A DNA stretch of 64,000 bases from Candidatus Thorarchaeota archaeon (lineage in GTDB: Archaea > Asgardarchaeota > Thorarchaeia > Thorarchaeales > Thorarchaeaceae). How positions within the stretch are numbered: position 1 is the first letter of the stretch; every line of letters starts with the position of its first letter. Shown here piece by piece: positions 18,344 to 25,989 of the stretch. The DNA is taken from contig JBHLRP010000002.1 in the NCBI GenBank assembly GCA_048882485.1, positions 70,527 to 134,526 on the forward strand, given 5' to 3'. The translations under genes were made by a program, and so were the position numbers. Under the pieces are notes generated by a model. That model did not search any database. It was given only the letters and a program-made list of their open reading frames with translations, and was not told the origin of the DNA.

Positions 18344-18886
18344 ATGGGGCGTCTATTTATGCAAATTGACGTGATTCTTGACCAATTGACGGAAATCGTT
18401 ATGGATCCGATATTCCAGTTGCTTGTACTGTTCTTCATCATCCTCGCTGTAGTGATATTCGCCTTAAGAAGAAGGGGCGGGCCATCTAGGTCTCCTGTTG
18501 TAGGGAAAATACAGAAGATGATTGGGGATGTGGAGAGGGAACGCGCTATCAAGGTGCCTGAGGTTAAATCACGGAGTACTATAGTCACAGATATTTTTGA
18601 GAGCGAGATGAAATCAGTGGGGCTTCAACCCTCCACTGAATCAGGGTATATCCCTGTTTCATACACTCCACTTGCCCGATTTCTAGCTGAACGAGGTATT
18701 GCTAACGATATTGCATCGGCGATTTCTGCTGGACTCAAGGAAGAGGAAACCGAAGAGGACGTTCGAAATATAATAGACGCGGCTGCAGGCACTCCTGACA
18801 TCGATCTTACCCCTGAAGAGATCCAGAAAGCACAGGACCTTGCTGTGGAAGAATGGAATCGGGTAAGGAAGTCAACTGGGACTTGA
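18344..18886 (+). CDS. Single-pass membrane-anchored hypothetical protein
   Basis: One TM segment (IFQLLVLFFIILAVVIFAL) followed by RRR and an acidic helical domain. Confidence 0.65.
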   Translation: MGRLFMQIDVILDQLTEIVMDPIFQLLVLFFIILAVVIFALRRRGGPSRSPVVGKIQKMIGDVERERAIKVPEVKSRSTIVTDIFESEMKSVGLQPSTESGYIPVSYTPLARFLAERGIANDIASAISAGLKEEETEEDVRNIIDAAAGTPDIDLTPEEIQKAQDLAVEEWNRVRKSTGT

Positions 18887-18896
18887 GGCTGTTCCA

Positions 18897-19625
18897 ATGA
18901 CTGATCTACTATACATGAGCGATAACTATCTGCGGGAATTCGATGCGATTATCCAGATGGTCGCAGAAGACTATCTTGTACTGGACCAGACTGCGTTCTA
19001 CTATTTAGGAGGAGGACAAAGCAGTGATCGTGGAAGTCTTTCCTCTGAAGGCACATCCCTAATGATACACGAAGTCAGGAAGGCTGAAGGGGAAATCCGC
19101 CATTACGTCAAGGGCTCAATTCCGTTCGATGTAGGTACTAAGGTTCACGGTGAGCTAGATTGGGACTATAGATACGAATGCATGCGCTTTCATACTGCAC
19201 AGCATCTTCTATCTCGATACTTACAACTGGAATATGGCCTCACTACTGTCGGAAATATGATTAAACCCGGGCGGAGTAGAGCTGACTTCACACCTATGCA
19301 TTCTTTTGATGATGCTATGAAGCGCGACGTAGAGGCGGGGGTCAATGCCCTTTTTGCTAAGGAAATGGATGTTGAAACCAGAATGATGCCTCGTGCTGAA
19401 GCAATCGCATTCCTCAATGAGCATGGATATCAAACTCGCTATCTTGAAATGGTTCCAGAAAGTGTTACTGAATTCAGGGTTCTTGTTATCGGAGATTATG
19501 ACGCTGCTTCATGTGCAGGTACTCATATTGCAAATACGCGAGAGATAGGCACCATCAAGATAGGAAAAAGCAAGAATGTCGGTGCGGGGAAACAGAGGAT
19601 ATATTTCTCGCTCGAACCTCCTTAA
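18897..19625 (+). CDS. alaXM: Alanyl-tRNA editing protein AlaX-M
   Basis: LDQTAFY..GGGQ.SD.G, HTAQH and CAGTH Zn-binding motifs, 242 aa. Confidence 0.9.
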   Translation: MTDLLYMSDNYLREFDAIIQMVAEDYLVLDQTAFYYLGGGQSSDRGSLSSEGTSLMIHEVRKAEGEIRHYVKGSIPFDVGTKVHGELDWDYRYECMRFHTAQHLLSRYLQLEYGLTTVGNMIKPGRSRADFTPMHSFDDAMKRDVEAGVNALFAKEMDVETRMMPRAEAIAFLNEHGYQTRYLEMVPESVTEFRVLVIGDYDAASCAGTHIANTREIGTIKIGKSKNVGAGKQRIYFSLEPP

Positions 19626-19686
19626 GCAAAGCTACCAACCAACAGTTTTATGCAAAGTTGCATCACCAAAGGATGTGGTTGTATCC

Positions 19687-20964
19687 ATGAAAGCACTCGT
19701 TCTGACAGCTGGCCAAGGACTCAGACTGCGGCCTCTCACTTCGAGCAGGTCAAAGACAATGCTCATGATAGCAGGAAGGCCCGTTCTACAATACATCATT
19801 GACAGTTTGAAAGACAATGGTATACGTGATATTGTGATTGTAGTGGGACATGGTCGCGAGGAATTAATCGATCACTTCCAGATGGGTGGCGATCAAGGAG
19901 TCAGAATTCGATACGTCATTCAGCACGAGCAAAAAGGTGTGGAGCATGCAATTCTCCAGGCAAAAGATGAACTTGAAGGCGAAGAGGAATTTCTCCTTGT
20001 GAATGGAGACGTTCTAGTTGAATCTGAGATGGTTGAGCGCACTCTTTCGAATCATAGCTCTGCGAATTCCGACATCACCATGCTTGTGACACTCGTTTCA
20101 AATCCTGAGCAATTTGGAACCGTGAAGATGGGAAAACATGGAGTTGTGGAGAAGCTAGTTGAGAAAGGTGGGCCTGATAGATATGTGAGCAATTATGCAG
20201 TTGCTGGAGTTTCTGTTCTCAAATCTGATGTAATACCACTTCTCGAGAAACATGAAACAATGGAATATACTGTTGAGAAGCTGATTGGAAAGGGCAGGAC
20301 AGTTAATGCAGTAGTCTGGGAAAAGGAGTGGGCGGAGTTCACATGGCCTTGGGATATTCTCAATGCCAACCGGATTGTAATGGATAGAGAATTGAAAGGC
20401 AAGGGCAGTTTCATTGCAGAATCTGCTGAAATACACAAGAATGTGGTTCTAGAGGGACCAGTTTTTATTGATGAAGGTAGCATCATTAGACCTGGAGCGA
20501 CAATTCGAGGTCCAGTATACATCAGCAAGAATGTCTATGTGGGCAATAATTCGCTTGTGCGGGATTACTCCAGTCTGTGTGAAGGTGTTCATCTTGGATA
20601 TGCTGTCGAAATGAGGAACTCAATGGTCTTCGATAATGTGATGGTTGGCAGACTCACCTTCGTAGCCGATTCCATTATTGGCAGGGACTCGTGCATCGAG
20701 GCCGGAGCTCAAATGTGGAATTGGCGACCTGGCGGCAAAGCAATCAAGCTGCAATTTGGTGATGAAGAGGTTGAAGTACCAATCAAGAAGCTTGGTGCAA
20801 TCATTGGGGATCAAGTCGTCATAGGAGTCAATGCATCAGTTATGCCTGGCAAACGCATTGGGGACGCAAGCACAATTGCCCCGGGATGTGTCATCAATCA
20901 AGACATACCACCAGATAGTGATGTCACTGTGAAGCAGCAAATCACGATTAAAAAGAAGAAGTAA
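19687..20964 (+). CDS. Sugar-phosphate nucleotidyltransferase with left-handed beta-helix (archaeal GlmU-like)
   Basis: MKALVLTAGQGLRLRPLT..RSK N-terminus, NGD, WPWDIL, hexapeptide repeats; ATG at 19687. Confidence 0.88.
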   Translation: MKALVLTAGQGLRLRPLTSSRSKTMLMIAGRPVLQYIIDSLKDNGIRDIVIVVGHGREELIDHFQMGGDQGVRIRYVIQHEQKGVEHAILQAKDELEGEEEFLLVNGDVLVESEMVERTLSNHSSANSDITMLVTLVSNPEQFGTVKMGKHGVVEKLVEKGGPDRYVSNYAVAGVSVLKSDVIPLLEKHETMEYTVEKLIGKGRTVNAVVWEKEWAEFTWPWDILNANRIVMDRELKGKGSFIAESAEIHKNVVLEGPVFIDEGSIIRPGATIRGPVYISKNVYVGNNSLVRDYSSLCEGVHLGYAVEMRNSMVFDNVMVGRLTFVADSIIGRDSCIEAGAQMWNWRPGGKAIKLQFGDEEVEVPIKKLGAIIGDQVVIGVNASVMPGKRIGDASTIAPGCVINQDIPPDSDVTVKQQITIKKKK

Positions 20965-20978
20965 ACGGCATCATGCCA

Positions 20979-21653
20979 TCATTTTTCCCATGGGACCTCT
21001 GCAATGACCTCGTCATCTGCATACACATAGAGAATGTCATCACGAAGGAGCAATTTCAAATCGTAGTCGGCTCGAATTTCTCTTACTCTAATTGCTTTTC
21101 CTTCAATCATCAGGATTGAGTGCACGGTACCATCATAAATCGCAGTATCGTGCATCATCTTGAACAGCTCTCTCCTTTTAGATGGCAGAATTCTAAAGTC
21201 CTCAAGGAGCTGCTCAAGTACTCTTCCTTCATGGTCGTTGAGTAATTCCCTAATGCTTTGAAAGCCTAAGTAGCGGTCCTTCCCTTTTTCAATTACATGA
21301 TCCTTATACTTGTTGACAAATGCGCGTTCTACTGCTAGGTAGTGACCTAGACCACGGCTGATGGCATCCAAATCAGTCGCTTCTTCAGACGAATCGTGTC
21401 CTTTTGCAGGATGGCTGATTTCATGAGCCAGTAATCCGATTATCGCAGGTTCAGGCCAACCCATAACATCTTGATGGCATGTGATGTTAATTGCACCCAC
21501 ATCGCTCCATCTCACTTGTCCGTAGGATTTCAAAGCACCTGCACATGCTCTGATATTCCTGCCTGCTAGTTCGGGGTATGCATGTACTACGAGCCTGCGC
21601 ACCAACTTGCCAATGTCACTTGATTGTACTGGCACCTTAATCCCTTGATTCAA
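20979..21653 (-). CDS. Hypothetical zincin-like protein (HExxH)
   Basis: IIGLLAHEISH followed by EEATDLDAISRG, a minimal metallopeptidase-like pattern. Confidence 0.6.
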   Translation of the reverse strand: MNQGIKVPVQSSDIGKLVRRLVVHAYPELAGRNIRACAGALKSYGQVRWSDVGAINITCHQDVMGWPEPAIIGLLAHEISHPAKGHDSSEEATDLDAISRGLGHYLAVERAFVNKYKDHVIEKGKDRYLGFQSIRELLNDHEGRVLEQLLEDFRILPSKRRELFKMMHDTAIYDGTVHSILMIEGKAIRVREIRADYDLKLLLRDDILYVYADDEVIAEVPWEK

Positions 21654-21700
21654 CTATCAGGAGCACGAATAGAGCTCTGAATAGTTGGAGCAATGAGCAC

Positions 21701-21710
21701 CTTTAAAAGT
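21701..21710 (+). promoter_or_regulatory. Putative TATA box for the eS25 gene
   Basis: CTTTAAAAGT in the divergent intergenic region about 55 nt upstream of the proposed start. Confidence 0.4.
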
Positions 21711-21763
21711 CGAACCCAAAACCTTCGCGTGATTCCTCAACAATTGAAAGGAGAGTAATTGCT

Positions 21764-22669
21764 ATCAGTCGGAAAAAATGGGGCAAGACAGCTGCAAAGA
21801 CAGAAAGAGTCGTCAGAGATGCCATTCTGAAGCCAGATGTAGAGGCCAATATAGACGAGTATCTTGCGAAAGTCCGCTCTGTAACCCAGTATGACCTTGC
21901 AAACCGATTTGGTGTTAGAATGAGTGTTGCGCGACAGATCCTCCGGCGGAAAGAATCAGATGGTGTTCTTGTTCCATACATTCGGGAGGGCGGCCTTGAG
22001 GTCTACACAACACCTGCTGAATTGGAGAAGCGAGAGTCAGAAGCCCCAATAATGATTGCAGATGCTCTTGAGGAGGTTGCCTCTTCTGTACCGAAAGCTG
22101 CAGTCATCACCGAGGAAATGGATGCAGAACTAATAGCAGCATCATCAGCAGGCAGTGTTGTGAAGCCCAGCAGGTTGGCGCGGCAGAGAAGAGAAGCAGG
22201 AGAGAAGAAGGAGGAGAAATCCAAAGCAAAACTTCCTGAAGTTATTGTTGAGCCACTAGTGGAGCCTGTTGAGATTCCGCCTCAGCCCGAGCCTGAAACA
22301 ACGCCCAAGCCAAAAGCCAAGCCGAAGAAGAAGGTCACAAAGAAGAAGGCTGAGGAAAAAGCCAAGCCTAAGAAGAAGGTCACAAAGAAGAAGGCCGAGG
22401 AAAAGGCCAAGCCTAAGAAGAAGGTCACGAAGAAGAAGGCCGAGGAAAAGGCCAAGCCTAAGAAGAAGGTCACGAAGAAGAAGGCCGAGGAAGAAGCTAA
22501 GCCTAAGAAGAAGGTCACGAAGAAAAAAGCCGAGGAGAAACCTAGGAAGACCACGGCTAAAAAGACTGAGGGCAAATCCACAGCTAAGAAGACTACTACA
22601 AAGAAGACCACGAAAAAAGTCGAAGAAAAGCCTAAGGCAAAGAAAACGACGAAGAAATCAGACAAGTGA
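21764..22669 (+). CDS. rps25e: 30S ribosomal protein eS25 with long acidic linker and Lys-rich repeat extension
   Basis: In frame upstream of the track ORF: SRKKWGKTAAK...VTQYDLANRFGVRMSVARQILR..ESDGVL...LEVYT, matching eS25 (KKKW...ITP..V.ERL.I.GSLAR..L...G.I...IYT); no in-frame ATG/GTG/TTG between stop 21704 and 21920. Confidence 0.8.
   Translation: MSRKKWGKTAAKTERVVRDAILKPDVEANIDEYLAKVRSVTQYDLANRFGVRMSVARQILRRKESDGVLVPYIREGGLEVYTTPAELEKRESEAPIMIADALEEVASSVPKAAVITEEMDAELIAASSAGSVVKPSRLARQRREAGEKKEEKSKAKLPEVIVEPLVEPVEIPPQPEPETTPKPKAKPKKKVTKKKAEEKAKPKKKVTKKKAEEKAKPKKKVTKKKAEEKAKPKKKVTKKKAEEEAKPKKKVTKKKAEEKPRKTTAKKTEGKSTAKKTTTKKTTKKVEEKPKAKKTTKKSDK
22316..22540 (+). repeat. Five tandem 45-bp coding repeats (AKPKKKVTKKKAEEK)
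   Basis: Units start at 22316, 22361, 22406, 22451 and 22496; differences mostly at synonymous positions. Confidence 0.95.
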
Positions 22670-22826
22670 GAGTCGTTCTTCAATCATTCAGATAGCATAA
22701 TTGTCCATCCCACTTCAATCTCTTCAATTCGCGTTCCATTAGCATACATGTGAATGTGAATTTAGAAAAAGAAGCTAGGGGCTGACCAAAGTCCAAATAC
22801 AGCCTATTGGCCGCCTCGTTCCATCA

Positions 22827-23378
22827 CTACTTCAGACCTGCGATCTGACGATCAATCTCTTCAAGCTGGGTATCCAGCTCGGCTTCCTTGGATTTGTAAT
22901 CATCTTCTGGAATGTAGCCTCTCATGTAGTCAAATCGGAGATCTGTGAGTGACGCTTTTAATCGGTCCTTCTGCTGAAGCAGAAAATCTAGTTGGTCACT
23001 GCCCTCAGCAGCAACGGGTTCAGCAGCAGGTGCCGCAGCCGGTTCCGGAGCAGGCGCAGGGGCTGCTGCAGGAGTTGGCTCTGGCGTGGGCGTCGTTTCT
23101 GCTGATGGAGCTGGAGCTGGAGTGGGTTCAGCTACTGGTGCAGCTGCTGCTGGAGCAGCTGTCTTTACACTCTCCATTTCCTCCATGTTCTTTCTCAGAG
23201 TATCAATCTGATTTGCGATTTCCGTGAAGCTATCATTAATCGTTTTGTTAATTGCCGTCTTCATCTTGGCGAGGTTCTCTGCCAACTGATCGGCAAGCTT
23301 CTTGGTTTCTGCAACCTTCATAGCGTAGGTTTCGATTTCCTTCAGCTTTGTAGTTAATTCACCTATGTCAAAGGCCAT
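22827..23378 (-). CDS. Coiled-coil protein with Ala/Pro linker and C-terminal steadiness-box/CdvA-like helical hairpin
   Basis: N-terminal heptads, APAAAPVAEPTP linker, C-terminal LTDLRFDYMRGYIPEDDYKSKEAEL. Confidence 0.65.
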   Translation of the reverse strand: MAFDIGELTTKLKEIETYAMKVAETKKLADQLAENLAKMKTAINKTINDSFTEIANQIDTLRKNMEEMESVKTAAPAAAAPVAEPTPAPAPSAETTPTPEPTPAAAPAPAPEPAAAPAAEPVAAEGSDQLDFLLQQKDRLKASLTDLRFDYMRGYIPEDDYKSKEAELDTQLEEIDRQIAGLK

Positions 23379-23512
23379 GAAATGTCACCTTAGTATAGCC
23401 TACTATATCGATAGTGCTAGTGCATGGTTCTTAACCTTTGCCGTGGTGGATATTCCATTTAAAGCCCAAATTCAGGCAACTCTCCACCTACGGTGGCAAC
23501 TCTTGATACTCC

Positions 23513-24364
23513 TTATGCAGCCTTGGTTTCGGCTTTCCCCTCAAGAATTGCTTTGCGAATTATCTGAATCAACCGGTCTCTATATGAAATATCGATAGCG
23601 ACCAATTCGTAGGTTGGGATGCCAAGAATCTGTCCAACTCTCTCAGGTGTCAATGCGGTAGGCAGATCTTGCTTATTGGCAATGCCAATTACTTTCGCTT
23701 CAGGAACTTCGTCCTTTACCAGTGTGACCAGTTTCTTGCTTCGAAGGACATTCTCAAGAGTGCTGTCTGTGACAATCACTACGACTTGTGCATTCGCAAT
23801 CATTTTCGCCCATAAAATGCTAAATCTTGACTGACCGGCCAAATCCCAGAGCACAATGTTGGCGTTCTGAACTTCTTCCGGAAGCCGCTTAATGCTCACA
23901 CCAATCGTCGGATCGTGGACAAGAGGAAGTGTTTCGCCTCTTAGTAAATGCAGAGTTGTTGTCTTACCCACACCCGCGAAACCGAGTATCGCAACTTTGA
24001 CCATGGTTACAGCAATTTCATCCACTTTGGCATCGAATCCGTCCAAGGGCTGCTTGGCTGTGGCTAGGTTAGCAAAGTCCTTCATGAATGTTTCAACCAT
24101 TTGGGTCATCTTGTCTTCAATCTGTACTGAATCGTCTGCTTTATCAGCAACAAAGACGAAAGTGAAGAAGTCTCTCTGAGCGAAGAATATTCGAGAAATG
24201 GCTACGTTCATAAACTCAGTCTTTCCTTCAAGATCGACACTCCTAAGGAAATGGACAAGATTCACAAGAAACTCAACCAGACTTGCCTTTGAGTCACTCT
24301 TAGCATATTCTTTGGAGTAGAGAACGTTTCCTTCTTGACCCAAAATATATACACTTCGAATCAA
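23513..24364 (-). CDS. Longin-domain / small GTPase (Arf/Rab-like) fusion
   Basis: TTG start at 24364 after GGAGTGA gives MIRSVYILGQEGNVLYSKEY (longin-like); G1 GFAGVGKTT, G2 PTIG, G3 WDLAGQ, G4 NKQD. Confidence 0.88.
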   Translation of the reverse strand: MIRSVYILGQEGNVLYSKEYAKSDSKASLVEFLVNLVHFLRSVDLEGKTEFMNVAISRIFFAQRDFFTFVFVADKADDSVQIEDKMTQMVETFMKDFANLATAKQPLDGFDAKVDEIAVTMVKVAILGFAGVGKTTTLHLLRGETLPLVHDPTIGVSIKRLPEEVQNANIVLWDLAGQSRFSILWAKMIANAQVVVIVTDSTLENVLRSKKLVTLVKDEVPEAKVIGIANKQDLPTALTPERVGQILGIPTYELVAIDISYRDRLIQIIRKAILEGKAETKAA

Positions 24365-24365
24365 C

Positions 24366-25469
24366 TTACTCACTCCAAGTCTGCACAAGAAGCTCCAAAT
24401 ATCTTCTTGCGGTATCTGAACCAAGCTTTTTCTCTTCAATCTTTGTTGCGACTATCGGAAGAATATACTCCGGCATGAAGATTTCCATCTTTGGATTGGT
24501 TATTAGTGCCCAAACTCCTTCTTCCTCGAAATTTGCAACAATTCTTTCTGCTTCCATGGCCCATAACGCCTTCTGAACAACTTCATCAGGGAATGAGATT
24601 TCACTGGCAATTTGACCAAGACGAAGTGGCCCATTTCTTAGGCAGTCTAGAACTGCGTAGTTGATACTGTTTGCCATAATTCTGGCAATCTTCTCTCTAT
24701 CTTCTAGAATTGGCGAATTGGGATCAGTGACCGGCAAAGTGGGATTATAGCCCTTCGTTGGTGGGTCCGGAGAAAAGAAATTCTTCAGATACTCTTGATA
24801 TTGGGGCATTAAATTAGGATGAGCAACACTAGTAGCATTGAATGACTTAGTAGGTGGAGATCTGTGTGGGAACACATCTTTCAACAGAAAAGCTGTTTCC
24901 AACTTACCGATGATTTCCACCGCGACGATTCCTGAATCCATCAGGGGCGTCATAGCTTCCCTCAAGTCCACATTGTCACTCTGAATTTGATTCTTCAGCC
25001 ACATGGACAGTTTGGCAGTACTCTCAACACCCTCCGAGTGGAGCCTTTCCAAAAGAAGGGCCGAGGAAGGTGTCATGTAAATAGCGGCCGCCTTTTGCTC
25101 GTCATCGACAACAGGCATGGAGCTTTTCTTAGTCAAGACTTCTTCAATATCTAATGATTCTGGATCCGCAATCATGAGTTCCAGCATGAATCTGCCCATC
25201 CCTTTGAGTTCATGCGAGATATCCGCCAGAACATCATCCTCGTTTAGTACATAGCACACTGTCCAGCCTGGAAATGTTTCCATTGCAAAGGAGGCAATTC
25301 TCATCCCTTCAATCTCAGAATCTCTGATTTCCTCTTCTTTTCCTTGCTGACGCTCAAAATAGACGAGATTGAGCATGGTTTCCGTCAATGCAAGAGAAGA
25401 GGGATGACGCTTCTTCACAAGGAAACCATGAAAATCATCTAATTGAATGATGAAGGCGGCTTCTGGCAT
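24366..25469 (-). CDS. Longin/uDENN-like N-terminal domain plus winged-helix domains (NPRL2-like architecture)
   Basis: MPEAAFIIQLDDFHGFLVKKRHP N-terminus; C-terminal VLDCLRNGPLRLGQIASEISFPDEVVQKALWAMEAERIV wHTH; ATG at 25469. Confidence 0.6.
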   Translation of the reverse strand: MPEAAFIIQLDDFHGFLVKKRHPSSLALTETMLNLVYFERQQGKEEEIRDSEIEGMRIASFAMETFPGWTVCYVLNEDDVLADISHELKGMGRFMLELMIADPESLDIEEVLTKKSSMPVVDDEQKAAAIYMTPSSALLLERLHSEGVESTAKLSMWLKNQIQSDNVDLREAMTPLMDSGIVAVEIIGKLETAFLLKDVFPHRSPPTKSFNATSVAHPNLMPQYQEYLKNFFSPDPPTKGYNPTLPVTDPNSPILEDREKIARIMANSINYAVLDCLRNGPLRLGQIASEISFPDEVVQKALWAMEAERIVANFEEEGVWALITNPKMEIFMPEYILPIVATKIEEKKLGSDTARRYLELLVQTWSE

Positions 25470-25535
25470 TTGTCGTTCCCACCTCGGACAGACAATCATT
25501 GCATAAAAGAATGACCGTTATGTATTCCTTGCGCC

Positions 25536-25922
25536 CTATTCTAAATGCTCAATGCACTGGATGTTTCCATTTTCATCCAGGATCCAGCAATTCTCGCATA
25601 CAGAAATCCCACAGATTGCGCATATTCCGATATGATGATTCAGTCCTTCGAACTTGCGGACTCTACCATTCACTGAATGGATATCGCAGTACATGCTACC
25701 GCAACGATTGCATGACAGAATAGCATCATTTCTACAGAGCACACATGAAGATTTTCCCTGGGCTTGAATGAGTTTGCCCTCTCGTGCATAGCCGGGGCAG
25801 GCTTTAACTTCACAGAATCCTATTCCTTTGTAGCTGCCGCAATGGGTGCAGTAAGGGTCAAGGACTGATTTGTTTCTCTTCATTGCCTTTTGGTGCTCCA
25901 GTTCTTGAGAAGGCGCTCTCAC
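25536..25922 (-). CDS. Cys/His-rich multi-zinc-finger protein
   Basis: CTHC..C..C, CVLC..CNRC..YCDIH, CAIC..VCENC..CIEH. Confidence 0.7.
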   Translation of the reverse strand: MRAPSQELEHQKAMKRNKSVLDPYCTHCGSYKGIGFCEVKACPGYAREGKLIQAQGKSSCVLCRNDAILSCNRCGSMYCDIHSVNGRVRKFEGLNHHIGICAICGISVCENCWILDENGNIQCIEHLE

Positions 25923-25989
25923 AGACTGCAGAATGAGGTGTTAGAAAGGATGAAAAGGATTTCTTTGCCAACGAAAGGAGTGGACCCCA

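Noticed and set aside
22316-22540. 45-bp repeats as a CRISPR array
   Set aside because: No spacers, unit length is a multiple of 3, variation is mostly synonymous, no cas genes: a coding tandem repeat
21703-22700. Alternative-frame and antisense ORFs over eS25 (Arg/Ser-rich 143 aa; Phe-rich 133 aa)
   Set aside because: Shadows of the Lys-rich repeat; synonymous variation supports the Lys frame
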